DNA of 63,386 bases, filler included, from Octopus bimaculoides (Eukaryota): the NCBI RefSeq assembly GCF_001194135.2. It is 7 parts of 7 records of this genome, joined end to end, with 100 filler letters (N's around TTAATTAATTAA, not from the genome) between each part and the next. Parts side by side here need not be neighbours in the genome. Positions count along the whole stretch, not along the records: positions 17,784 to 30,761 come from NC_068999.1; positions 30,862 to 35,970 come from NW_026398479.1; positions 36,071 to 41,542 come from NC_069004.1; 4 more parts are not named here. One strand, 5' to 3'. The notes under the pieces are model-generated. The model was given only the letters and a program-made list of their open reading frames with translations. It did not search any database and was not told where the DNA came from. Position 1 is the first letter of the stretch; the number at the start of each line of letters is the position of its first letter. Position numbers and translations under genes: made by a program. This document shows, piece by piece, positions 26,480-38,996 of this stretch.

Positions 26480-27330
26480 GCTCATTTACAAACTCATGAA
26501 AGGTATGCACGCAAGAACGTAAACATCACTTAACGAGTGACTTGTCTTGCTTTCCTTTTGTGTGAGTTTACACATTTGCCATTCCTTTTCATCTTCCTGT
26601 CTGCGATATTTTCTTTGAATTCTTCATAGTCAGTTTTATTTAATCTATGCCGGTTCTTTGTGTTTGCAATGTACATTAACTAAATTCTGAGTGAACTGGT
26701 CTATTTTGTCTTGTTATTGTGAGAACTGTTTTGACAATTCTTACTAGCGAGAGGCACATGGTAGGATTTATTTCATACATCTCCCCAACTATATTATAAG
26801 TCCGGAAGATGTATTCATTCGATTGCTCGATGTGTGAGAGCGATTCTCAACTCATTTTCTTACGTGGACATCTTGCGATAGATTTACAATCACAGTGTTG
26901 TGCATGCTTTTTTAGATTTAAAGCAGTGGCCTTTTTCTTTGGATGTAGCTCTTTTCTATAGATGGAAGCCTGAGTACTTCGAAAGTGTTGTAAGAGATAG
27001 ATTTGTTTTAGGCCAAACATTTGATGCTAAAACCGTCTTCATTCTCTTGACGTAATTTTTGCCTTTTCTATGTCGGGAGAACCTTCATGTATGATATTCT
27101 TATCCTATATTTGTGACCGGAATGTAAAAACTGTCTTGTTGTGCCCATTCAGGTTTACCTGATGGGTGGCTTGCACATGTTTTTGTCGTCGTACCACACA
27201 AGTACACTTTTCTATTCTTCAAATATATTTCCATTGTTAGTAGAATAATTGGTCATAACATTCCATTCTTTTGGCTTTGCTGAGGTTAATAGCTCTCCTG
27301 CAAAGTTTTACGACATAAATAAAATGGTGA
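26480..27330 (-). mobile_element. Probable piggyBac transposase remnant
   Basis: Frameshifted fragments LKNRKVYLCGT (catalytic-core-like) and a C-terminal WQMCKLTQKESKTSHSLSDVY resembling a decayed cysteine-rich domain; no TIR seen. Confidence 0.4.
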
Positions 27331-28535
27331 GAAATAATGTTTAATCTATTTTCTTACTCATCCACTATCACTGACGCTATATTAATTCACTAATTTAGAT
27401 ACACAGACAAAATGCTTTACGATCATTTAATAATATGTGATATTAAATTGCAAACAGACAATATCGTCAGTTAATTTAAAACTATTCGTGTTTTATGCGA
27501 TATCATATCTAATTTTCTCGAATTTTACTCTAGGAAGAATGAGAATCAACTGAAACAACGAGGAAATTTATAAACTCTTATTCCTGCATTTTCTCTTTTG
27601 TATCATGGAAAAAGTTGGTATTTGTTTTTTCGTATCTATTAATTTTTATTTATATCAAAGTAGGTAATAGTCTTTGATGTTTCTTCTTTTAAATGTGCTC
27701 TGAGTATTGTGGTACGCAGAGTGGACGAAAATTGTATTGCCCTATGTATGACTCGCTTCATAAATGAAACCAATGGTAGCTTGCATAGTTCTAGTTCTTT
27801 TATATTCATTTATAAAATGTAATACATAAAGATGCATGTATCCATAGATACATACATTCATACATACATACGTTCATGCATACATATATACTTATAAATA
27901 AATGCACATATATGCACATGAGAAAACACTCATATACACGTCTGAGGGAGCTTACGGCAATGTACATAAATATGGTGTCATTTCTTATATAACTACGAAA
28001 CATTGTGTAGATATATGATGATCGTTTTTTGCTAAATGTTGTGTAGGTCTAATAAATTCTCGAAATACCCTGGCGGGTGTTATGCAATACAAATAAAGTA
28101 AATGGAAATAACTCACAAGAAAAGGATAAAAAAATTATGCAAACCATACTATAACAGGAAAATACATATGCAAAAATACAATAATAGAAAAATAAAAAAA
28201 TAAATGGCATTTAAAAATAAAGAAGATATATGAAAATTAAAACAAAAAGCCTAATCTAATATTTGCAGCACACACCTACGCATATATGCGCACACTTACA
28301 TTAGAAATATATGTTTTGTGAAACTGTATGTGATTTTTAGGTGAATATATGTATCTGTGTGTTTAAACAAACCCGTGTTTTATATGCAAAATTATTTATG
28401 AGGCGCCATTTTAGAGGAGTCATTATATTGGTTGTTCGCGCTTTTATTCTTAGTTTCCACCGAGGGAGGTTAAATTCTTAATTGAACAATTTTGATCATT
28501 GAGTAAGTGCAGCCATTGTGTTTGTTGAATTTAGT

Positions 28536-28615
<80 letters not shown>

Positions 28616-28790
28616 TAAAACTTGCTTAAATATATTTCAGTAATATATTACAACGAAAATAACATAGTTGAGCCGTTTCTTTTCTGCCTCCTTCTACATC
28701 TCCCCGCGCTTTTGTTGTTTTTGTCTTTGCTATGATGATGATGATGACGATGATGATAATAATCATCATCATCATCACTATCAACGTGAT

Positions 28791-28990
28791 GAAAAGCTGG
28801 CTGAATCGTTAGTTCGCACTAAAAATTGCTTAGCTGTATCTCGTCCGATTTCACTTTCTGAAGCCAAATCCCTTCAAGTTCGACTCTGAGGGGTTAATGA
28901 AAGGAATACCAGATGACCACTTAGGTCGCAGGGATTGAGAATACCTCTCCACCACAATCATAGGACTTGTGCCTATAATAGAAAGATTGT
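28791..28990 (+). mobile_element. SINE family B, old
   Basis: agctggctgaatcgttag...gcttagctgtatctcgtc...ttgtgcctataatagaaa followed by an (ATT)n tail. Confidence 0.7.
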
Positions 28991-29009
28991 TATTATTATT
29001 ATTAATATA

Positions 29010-29088
<79 letters not shown>

Positions 29089-29499
29089 TTATTGTTGTTG
29101 TTCTTGTTTTTGTTATTATTTTCGTTATTATTATTATATGATTATCATAATGTGAATATTCATCATCACACCATTCAAATGGCTATATATGCTATCTCTG
29201 CCAGCACCACCAGCACACCACAGCCATCACTAACATCAGAACCACATGTACCACGACCTCCAGCATTGAAATCATCATCACTATACTGATTATCCGTATA
29301 CGCATCATCATTAACATCAACATCAGTTCTTTCTCTCAAAATTTCTTATACAATTTGTTCAAAGAAAGTTGCAATATCTCTCACCCAATCACCAGGAAAA
29401 AAAAAAACAAAGAAAATGACGATAAAGAATAGTAAACGAGAAAAAATTAAGAACATCAACAATAAGAACAATATTTAATAGTATCGTAATTATAATAAT

Positions 29500-29721
29500 G
29501 ATGATTTTGGTGATTTTAGAAAAATGATAATAACAATAACAGTAATAATAATAATAACAATAATGATAATAATACAAATTATAATGTTAATAGTACTACT
29601 TATAATAGTGTTGATGATGATGATGACGATGATGATAATAATAATAACGATATTAATAACAGTAACAACAACAGCTGTAGTAGTAGCACTAGTAGTAGCA
29701 CTAGTAGTAGTAGTAGTAGTA

Positions 29722-29760
<39 letters not shown>

Positions 29761-29968
29761 ATAGTAGTAGTAGTAGTAGTAGCAGCAGTAGCAGCAGCAG
29801 TAGTAGTCGTAGAAGAAGAAGAAGAAGAAGAAGAAGAAGAAGAAGAAGAAGAAGAAGAAGAAGGAGGAGGAGGAGGAGAAGAAGAAATATTTGTAATGTT
29901 AGCAATAATAAAGTAAATAGAAATAACAGTAACAATAATAATGATGATTCTGCGATAACAACAACAAC

Positions 29969-30039
<71 letters not shown>

Positions 30040-30077
30040 GAAGAACAGCAATGATAGTAACAATAATGATAATAATG

Positions 30078-30121
<44 letters not shown>

Positions 30122-30220
30122 TATAGTGATGATGATGATAATAAGAATAATAAAAAATAATGATAAATAAATAGTATTAAGAACAACAACAATAGCAATA
30201 ATAAAAGTAGTAGTAATAAA
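29500..30220. repeat. Compound trinucleotide array (ATA/ATG/GTA/GCA/GAA/GGA/ACA)n
   Basis: Read directly; explains the poly-I/V/E/L pseudo-ORFs at 29524 and 29600. Confidence 0.95.
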
Positions 30221-31329
30221 TGAGCGAATTATCCGTGATAAGAACAATAAAAATAATAATGTTACAAATTCACCATATAATATAATAACAAACAAATATA
30301 AATATTCAAACATCAGTCGAGACATGACGGTTGTTAGCAATGTTATCATTAAAGGAATATTTCAATAGAGAAAATGGTCTGACTCAGAATTATAGACGAA
30401 GCTGTCGAAATCGAAGTATTTCTTCTAAGAGTCCAATGCCTGACAATAAATTATTCTTGCGATAAAGATTAAAACATCAGGGAATATATAATGTATTTAA
30501 TTCATAGATGTTTTGGCGTTTTCATTTTTTTTTAGATTTTACGTTTATATTTTTCCCCAAAAAATTATTGATTTTCATGGGGTGTATTGCGGCATTTTTC
30601 ATTGTTTTATTTTCAAGTGATAACTATGCTTTTAATGCAAAATTTGATTACACAAATACGAGTGCACATGTATACATACATACATACATACATACATGCA
30701 TGCATACATACATGCATGCATACATACATGTGTTCACATACGTGTGCAAATGTATATATATNNNNNNNNNNNNNNNNNNNNNNNNNNNNNNNNNNNNNNN
30801 NNNNNTTAATTAATTAANNNNNNNNNNNNNNNNNNNNNNNNNNNNNNNNNNNNNNNNNNNNAATAGTGAACACTACCTTCAGCTGGAGTTGAACTCAGTA
30901 CTTTGAACAAATGAAATACCCATCAATTTTACAGTACCACTGCTTTCTGCAGTGATTGTCCTTATTTTGAAGTTTCTGTTTTCAGATGAACTTAGCGATT
31001 TAAGAGCTAAGTATCTTAGTCATGAAAATCAATATAGTACTGCTGGTTGCATGTGAATTGCCTAGTCCTTGCTTCCCAGAGCGTAATCTTCCTGGAATTT
31101 ACTCTCTGCCTATATGTTTTTCTGCAGTTCATCAGCTTGTAAATATTTAAGAGGATCATTAATAGTGTTAATCTGATCACTCCTGGAGGGCTTTCCAAAC
31201 CAAACCAATAACAAATAAAATTTTAAAAATACTTTTAAAAAAACCTTTGGCTGATTTTCAAGTATTCTCTTGACACAGTCATCTATATCTCTCTGTTTGA
31301 AGGGGACTTTGCTGCTTCTGTCACATATA

Positions 31330-31627
31330 TGAGGTGTGTTCAAAAAGTGTCCAACTTTATTTTTTCCCACCAAAACCAATGCCACGTGGGAAAAATCCTT
31401 CAGGTGGAAGGTAATGCCACCCTTCCTACACACGTATGAAAATGTTTGCACCAGTAGGTCATGTCAGTTCCCAGCTGTTATGTCTAGAGGACAGATATAG
31501 TGCACACTCATCAGATTTTCATTTTCACACAAGATAATCAAAAGCATTGAGCAGTGACCATATTTTCCCTATGTTGCATTAGTTTTGGCAGGAAAAATAA
31601 ACCTGGATACTTTTTGAATGCACCTCA
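31330..31627. mobile_element. Mariner-type MITE, ~298 bp
   Basis: TIRs of about 55 bp: TGAGGTGTGTTCAAAAAGTGTCCAACTTTATTTTTTCC versus reverse complement TGAGGTGCATTCAAAAAGTATCCAGGTTTATTTTTCC; flanked by TA on both sides. Confidence 0.88.
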
Positions 31628-32284
31628 TATATGTAATGGATCCAGTCATCCTCTTGACATATAACAAAAACTTTCAATGATTCGCAGGTGCAGGCAGTGT
31701 TAGAAACTAAAAGGATCCTTTTACAGACTAAAGAAATAGTGGTTAGTGCAGCCACAACAGGCAGTGGTATATGATGCCACATTATTACAATCACTGCCAT
31801 TCCAATTGTCATCAAAATACTTGGTATTATTGTTACAACACCTGCATAAGCTTTACTTACAGGAGACATTAATCTCTGTACAATGGAATACATTGACTAT
31901 TTCTGCTGCCTACAATAGAAGAATTCTTTGTGTTCGTTCAACTAGCAAGAAATAGCAATCAAATTTCTCTCAAATCACACCCTACTATTAGATAAACATA
32001 TTAGATTATGTAGGCCTTGTCACACCATACTATTAGAAAAACTCATTAGGTCACGTAGGTCTAGATATATTGAATCAAATCTAAGCATATAAAGTCTTCA
32101 GTATAAAATTGATGATATATAATTATAATTGCAAGTATATAAATTAAGTATAAGAATGTAAATACATTCCCTCTAAGCCTGTGATTTGCAGAAAAAAATT
32201 GAAAATAGTGGGGACCCATCCGACTGTCAGAAGGACCAGTTCACAATTAGTGAATCAATCAGACAAGATATATGTACCTCTTAC

Positions 32285-32310
32285 CTTTCCTCTCCAAGTA
32301 TTTTAGCATC
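32285..32310 (-). CDS. Candidate 26-nt coding exon (DAKILGEE+AG), host gene unknown
   Basis: aaattttctaAG|GATGCT...GAGGAAAG|GTAAGA; phase-0 start is compatible with the upstream 90-nt exon. Confidence 0.3.
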
Positions 32311-32330
32311 CTTAGAAAATTTGCTTATAT

Positions 32331-32550
32331 AGGCACAGGTGTGACTGTGTGGTAAGAAGTTTCCTTCCCAACCATGTGGTTCTGGGTTCAGTCTCAGTGC
32401 ACGACACCTTGGGCAAGTGTCTTCTGCTATAGCCTTAGCCAACCAAAGCATTGTGAGTAGATCGATTTGACTAAAACCTTTCAAGGTGCTGCCCCAGCTT
32501 GGCCTCAGTCAAATGACTGAAACAAGTAAAATGTAAAAGATAAAAGATAG
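32331..32550 (+). mobile_element. SINE family A with internal deletion
   Basis: Head and tail intact; jumps from gtgagtag directly to atcgatttgactaaa. Confidence 0.85.
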
Positions 32551-32834
32551 CAGTTAATGACTTGTCACTATAGAGGTTAGCTAAAATTAGCATGCTCTGC
32601 TTCAGACATTTCATCATTAATTAAACCATATATATTTAGATCTAGATAGGAGTGGTTATGTCTAGAATGTTTCTATCGTAGAGCTTCTCTGTTAGAGTTA
32701 ATTTGGGTCTAAAATGAAACAACAACAAAAGTTGTAGTAAGAACAACAATAAAATTACATTAGTCTTTCCATAGTGTGTATCTTAATCCAAAGGAATAAT
32801 TGCTAGTGTTGATTTAGTCTGATCCTCTTCTTAC

Positions 32835-32924
32835 CACTTCTGATAACACCTGATGCTGTGAGGAGATGGGATCAAATAACTGGACGCTTGTGTTGCTGAC
32901 ATCATTATTATCATCCTCAAAATG
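32835..32924 (-). CDS. Candidate 90-nt phase 0-0 coding exon HFEDDNNDVSNTSVQLFDPISSQHQVLSEV, host gene unknown
   Basis: Pyrimidine tract tttcttttcttcttt...ccaaatAG acceptor; open frame of 30 codons; strong donor GTG|GTAAGA. Confidence 0.55.
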
Positions 32925-33474
32925 CTATTTGGATGTATATAATGTAAAGAAGAAAAGAAACTCAAACAAACAAATGTTTATTTCATTAGAATATGTACTT
33001 CCCTTGTTTATTCATTGTACCATAACTGTAATATTAAAATCAGCTAAAAATGAAAATTATGACAAAAAAGCTTCCAATCATGAGTTTTGATGGAAAGATT
33101 TTTCTATTATATTGTGGAGGTCTGCCATTAAAACATCAATTTTTATTGGTCTCAAAAATAAAAATTATATGAAACTGGAAGAAGCCTGTCTTGTGTGTGT
33201 GTTGGGGGGGGGNNNNNNNNNNNNNNNNNNNNNNACAACTGGTGTTGGTGTGTTTATGTCCCTGTAACTTAGTGGTTCGACAAAACAGACCAAGAGAATA
33301 AGTATCAGGATTCAAAAATAGTAAGTACTGGGGTCAATTGGTTTGATTAACATCTCTCTCTCTCTCTCTCTCTCNNNNNNNNNNNNNNNNNNNNNNNNNN
33401 NNNNNNNNNNNNNNNNNNNNNNNNNNNNNNNNNNNNNNNNNNNNNNNNNNNNNNNNNNNNNNNNNNNNNNNNNN

Positions 33475-33915
33475 TTCCCCTCTGGCTAAGTAAACCTGTC
33501 TCCTAGCTTCCCTTCTGGCAATCTAATACAATTCCTTGCTACCACCATTCTTCCAATCCTTCCATGCCTGTTTCTTTTCCCTAAGGGCCCTGTCAACTAC
33601 ATTATTCCACCACCACGTTACCTTGGGTCGAGAGGGGACTTTGCACCATCCACAAATNNNNNNNNNNNNNNNNNNNNNNNNNNNNNNNNNNNNNNNNNNN
33701 NNNNNNNNNNNNNNNNNNNNNNNNNNNNNNNNNNNNNNGATGCTATATCCCCCTCTATTTCGTCAAAAGCTTCAAGTAATACGTTTCTAAATCTCTGTCT
33801 ATTCACAGGATCCTTAAAGTTCCAGACCCTTCTTCTCCATGCTGGTCATCTTCTGGGCATTTATTTAACCCTGATCCTGAAGTCGCTAACTGCTAATCTA
33901 TGTTGTGGGGTGCAT
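33475..33915 (-). mobile_element. RTE LINE ORF2 fragment (endonuclease-RT linker)
   Basis: CTPQHRLAVSDFR..RRRVWNFKDP..RFRNVL and CGWCKVPSRPKVTWWWNNVVDRALREKKQAWKDWK. Confidence 0.8.
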
Positions 33916-33962
33916 TCTTCATATATATATATATNNNNNNNNNNTATATATATATATAAATA

Positions 33963-34425
33963 TTGTGGCACTCTACCAGTTATGACAACAAGCGTTCCAG
34001 TTGATCTGAACAATGGAACAGCCTACTCAGGAAATTAACGTGTAAGTGGCTGAGCACTCCACAGACATATGTACCCTTAACATAGTTCTTGGGGAGATTC
34101 AGCGTGACACAGTGTGTGACAAGGCTGGACCTTTGAAATACAGGNNNNNNNNNNGGACCTTTGAAATACAGGTACAACAGAAACAGGAAGAAAGAGTGAG
34201 AGAATGTCGTGGTAAAAGAGTACAGCAGGGTTTGCCGTCACCCCCCTGCCAGAGCCTCATGGAGCTTTAGGTGTTTTTGCTCAATAAACACNNNNNNNNN
34301 NTGCCAGAGCCTCATGGAGCTTTAGGTGTTTTTGCTCAATAAACACTCACACGCCTGGTCTGGGAATTGAAACCACCATCCTACGACCACAAGTCCGATA
34401 CCCTAACCACTAGGCCATTTCGCCT
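33963..34425 (-). mobile_element. tRNA-derived SINE, third family (C)
   Basis: Head aggcgaaaTGGCCTAGTGGttagggt (A box) and GGTTTCAATTCC (B box); long body; tail gatcaactggaacgcttgttgtcataactggtagagtgccac. Confidence 0.8.
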
Positions 34426-34427
34426 CT

Positions 34428-34671
34428 TTTAGCTCTTCTTTCAAAGTGAAATCACCACTTTGGAAACGGGAAAACCACCTCCNNNNNNNNNNTCTTTCAA
34501 AGTGAAATCACCACTTTGGAAACGGGAAAACCACCTCCTGCATTTTCTTTCATTCACTACATCATCCCCATAAGTGCTCTAAATAGATCTTGCTGCCGCA
34601 CTTGCATTAACACCTTTATGAAACTCGTTGAGCAAAACATTTCTTATGTGATCTTTAGACGGGATAAACAT
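34428..34671 (-). pseudogene. Mariner transposase N-terminal HTH fragment, cut by SINE C
   Basis: MFIPSKDHIRNVLLNEFHKGVNASAAARSI*STYGDDVVNERKCRRWFSRFQSGDFTLKEE is a classic mariner HTH with WFxRFxSGDF. Confidence 0.85.
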
Positions 34672-34917
34672 GGTGGTAAAATTTTTTGAGAATTATGGCC
34701 AGAAGTTAGATAATCNNNNNNNNNNACATGGTGGTAAAATTTTTTGAGAATTATGGCCAGAAGTTAGATAATCTGAAAGAAAGTAGTACAAATTAAACAC
34801 AGATATCTTAAAACTATAAGAAGAGATTAAAAAATTGATAAATTCGCTCTGAAACATTTTTTCTAGAAATCAGACATTACTTTTGCACCAACCTGATATA
34901 TACACATATGTGTATAT

Positions 34918-34955
<38 letters not shown>

Positions 34956-35366
34956 NNNNNNNNNNNNNNNNNNNNNNNNNNNNNNNNNNNNNNNNNNNNN
35001 NNNNNNNNNNNNNNNNNNNNNNNNNNNNNNNNNNNNNNNNNNNNNNNNNNNNNNNNNNNNNNNNNNNNNNNNNNNNNNNNNNNNNNNNNNNNNNNNNNNN
35101 NNNNNNNNNNNNNNNNNNNNNNNNNNNNNNNNNNNNNNNNNNNNNNNNNNNNNNNNNNNNNNNNNNNNNNNNNNNNNNNNGTGCTTTTACGTGCCACTGG
35201 CATGAAGGCCAGTCAGGTGGTACTGGCAACAGCCACCCTCAAAAGGTGATTTTTATGTGCCATCTGCACAGGAGCCAGTCCAGCGACACTGGCAGTGGTG
35301 GTGGTGGTGGTGGTGATGATGATGATGGTGATGATGGTGATGATGATGNNNNNNNNNNGATGATGG

Positions 35367-35404
<38 letters not shown>

Positions 35405-35406
<2 letters not shown>

Positions 35407-35545
35407 CCACTCCTCTTCTCAATCTTCTATTCCCATTCTCGGTTCCATTCACTCTGTACCTTGAAGGCTCACTCTGACATCTTGTCATCACCAGCTTCAT
35501 CTTTCTTTCCAACTCCACCTCAGTCACTTTCATCCACTCTTATGT
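35405..35545 (-). mobile_element. RTE LINE RT C-terminal fragment
   Basis: MKVTEVELERKMKLVMTRCQ..RNRRLRR resembles the RTE ETW..ERK..EMRMLRW region. Confidence 0.45.
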
Positions 35546-36523
35546 AATGTAACATGAGTATATTGAGTCATGTGATGTTAATTACTGGACAATTAATACT
35601 TTCCTAAACACAGTTGTTATTATTTTTAAAGAGAACCAAGGAGAAACTTACAATGCATGTTACTGACGAAATTACTAAAAGGAAGCAACTCAGGTAGAAA
35701 ACAAACCTTGAAGAAAACATCAACAATATGTNNNNNNNNNNAAGCAACTCAGGTAGAAAACAAACCTTGAAGAAAACATCAACAATATGTGCCCCCATAA
35801 TGAGTGATTTGGAGTTATCTGCTAGCCTTTGTCAGACTGTACAAAGTGATTTCCACGTTTGACTATATAAACTCTAAACAATAATACAACTCCCACTTCA
35901 AAGTAACAAAATCAATCAACAATTATTTTCTACCAAACCACATCCTATAAACATACTTTCTTTTCATCCTNNNNNNNNNNNNNNNNNNNNNNNNNNNNNN
36001 NNNNNNNNNNNNNNTTAATTAATTAANNNNNNNNNNNNNNNNNNNNNNNNNNNNNNNNNNNNNNNNNNNNTATATATATATATATATATCCTTGGCCTAT
36101 CACACCTACCCTACACTGTCATTCTAGAAATAAACAATCACATGTTTGAAATTTCAAATCTATATGATAATGAACGATTAATTCAAAACAAAGTGAATGA
36201 ATAAGCATGACATTTGATTAAGTAAGCTGAATGCTAAAGAGTCAAGGTAGTAATAAACAACTTGGTCTATAGAGGACCACCAGTGGTCCATACTAAAGTA
36301 TTGGTGGTCCACGACGCATTTCAATAGACCAAAGGAAGCTGCGACATTTTAATATTTTTAATATGATACATTTATATCCCTCTGTAATGTTACATAATGC
36401 AATGAATATTGCGCCTATATATCAAAGGCTTTAAAGTTTTCCTCATGAATTTTCTGAAAAGTTTGAGTATCGTTGTATTGAATATGTAAGTTTCCTTGAT
36501 ATGAGTTCGTTATATTATTATTA

Positions 36524-36610
36524 CCGTGTTTGCTGGAGTATAAGACCCGCCTTTTCTATTTACAAATATATAAAAAATTGCCCTGCGTCTGATACGGGCG
36601 TATTACAGAC
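36524..36610. mobile_element. pogo/Tigger-like MITE terminal fragment
   Basis: taccgtgtttgctggagtataagac...gcgtctgatac internal inverted pair typical of these ends. Confidence 0.35.
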
Positions 36611-36639
36611 ATGAGACTGAGTGTCGCTGGATACCAAGC

Positions 36640-36793
36640 TAGATTGGAATAAATTCGGTAGGTGTCATAATTGAAGGACCGCTACAATATGTGTGCGAAT
36701 CTGAGATGGGAATATGTTGAATAAAATCATAATTAACTAATTCGCCTGTATTTTCTTTTACTCGAAACCAGGAACTTTTCAGCAGCCCCTCGT
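36640..36793 (-). mobile_element. Mariner-type element end
   Basis: Reverse complement TA-CGAGGGGCTGCTGAAAAGTTCCTGG; a related decayed end gtgctgaaaagttt lies near 18303. Confidence 0.6.
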
Positions 36794-36801
36794 AGATAGG
36801 T

Positions 36802-36836
<35 letters not shown>

Positions 36837-38667
36837 NNNNNNNNNNAGAGAGATACATACATAGAGAGAGAGAGAGTGAGGTAGATAGATACATACATAC
36901 ATACATACATGCATACATACATAGACAGACAGACAGACAGACTGATTGATTTATTGATTGATTGACTGATTGATTGATTGATTGATTCTATAGTATCGAA
37001 CTAGGATTTTTAAGTGATATTGGGTAGAAGGAAACTGTGTAGAAGCATGTCAGATAAACTGTAATTTTGAGGCTCATCTTTTTCACACTGTGGCATGCTG
37101 ATTGTGTTAAAGTATTATCTGAAATGTACACTTGTCTGTGGAATAATCAACCACATATAGCTTAATTCAATAGGTTGACCGGATGACTGAAATATTCTTC
37201 GTCGAAATCGGTGGAAACCAGTTGATCTCTCTTCTATTATTTATATAGCTGATATCTCCATTTTCTATTGTCTATATTCTTTAAATATTTTCGATTAACT
37301 GTTCTTACGCGAGTTATTCCCCTTGCTTGATTATTTACAGACTTTAAACACCCCTCGAGGTCGTACATGTATCTTCTAATTATTTGGATAATCTCGGCTG
37401 GTCGAAGTTTCTTTCAGCTCGTTAAATCATTTATATGATACCCTACTGTACATATTTAGTCTATAGTATTTCTTCCCACCAGTAGCCATATTGTCAAACT
37501 CTCTAATTGGTTGCTTAAGCCTTTCCATAAAGCACTGAGGTGTTTCCAGAAGGCATTATCATATTCAGTAATCCTCTCTTTGCTTTTAGGTTCAGATTAT
37601 TACAACAGCTGTATTTCAATTGCTGTGCTTAATCCCTAATATCAAGGAAACTCGTATCAAGTAGACTTATGATTAAACATGTTCCAGTCGTGACCACCAC
37701 GATTTTTTTACTTATAAAAAATTTGTTTTATAATTTCAGATAGTGAATGTAATTAAATTCTAGAATAGGGTGACTTGAAACAGCTGTTATTTAGACACAG
37801 TTGAAACTTATAGTTATTTGTGTCTTTATTGTCCAGAAATTTCAAATACTTAATATCATTAGAATAAACTACATAAAGGCTAGAATACATTATTCAAAGT
37901 ATCCTTCATATTTCAGGAGGTAAAAATATGACTTAAAGGTAGTTTTTGTTATTATTTCTAGCATATCGAGTGACTGCATGGAGACTATCTGCGCTTTGTC
38001 ATACAATTTCAGTATTATCAATGTGCGTCTCCTCTTGTGTTAATTAGTGACAATGAGTATCTTCTTGTCTTAATTAGAGCACAAGCGTCTTGTCTTAATT
38101 AGTGTTTGTCTATTCGTGGTGTTGGCTGTCAATACAGATATCACTATTTACTATTCAAATATTGGTTTTGTGGCAACTGAGAATTCTTCGAGTCCTGCCA
38201 GTCAAAATCAACTACGTCTAGATGTTTCGTATAATGTGAAAGCAAACACAACGCCTCGAGCATGGAAATTTTAATTCTAATTAATTAAGACTCTCATGAC
38301 ATTGAGAAGAGGATAAACATTGGACCATTGCTAAAATCTACTTAAGATAGATAAGGAAGACAGTTCCAAATGTCAAAGACCCGAAATGGGTTGTCTGTAC
38401 CGAAATTTCTGTTAGTTCAAATTAGAAAGAGACGTGCGACGAGTAGAGATTTGAACTCATTTTCCTCAGATATGGTGAAAACTCCGAACCTATACTTCCG
38501 CACGAAGTCGATTACAACTGGCAGGTTTGTTATAAGAAATTACTGTTATTATTGTGTAAACCTCTTGCACTTTCTCTTTCTTTATCTCTCACTCTAAACA
38601 CACACACACACACATGCATACTCACACACAACCACACAAGCACAAACACACGCGTACATATTTATGC

Positions 38668-38728
<61 letters not shown>

Positions 38729-38812
38729 GAATGAAGAATTACAAATCTTTAATATTTTCCAACATTTAAGATGAACGTAAAGAAAGATGAAATGCCGCAA
38801 AGCATCCAGTCC

Positions 38813-38996
38813 GGGGAGCTGGCAAAATTGTGAGCACGCCAAGCAAAACGCTAAACGCATTTCGTTCGGTTTTACGTTCTGAGTTCAAACTCCAGCGAGG
38901 TTGACTTTATCTTCCATCCATTCGGATTCGATACAATAAGTACCAGTTGAGCACTGTGGTCGATGTAATCGACTTCTACGCCTCTCAAAATTGGCA
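38813..38996 (+). mobile_element. SINE family B
   Basis: ggagctggcaaaattgtgagcacgcc...ttctgagttcaaactcc...taagtaccagttgagcactgtggtcgat. Confidence 0.85.

Noticed and set aside
29524-30349. Long poly-Ile/Val/Leu/Glu ORFs resembling membrane or acidic proteins
   Set aside because: Pure translation of trinucleotide microsatellites
34125-35790. Direct repeats of 20-50 bp flanking 10-N gaps (34125-34175, 34245-34350, 34435-34540, 34670-34775, 35685-35790)
   Set aside because: Each pair brackets an N10 join; these are unmerged overlapping contig ends, not TSDs or CRISPR-like repeats
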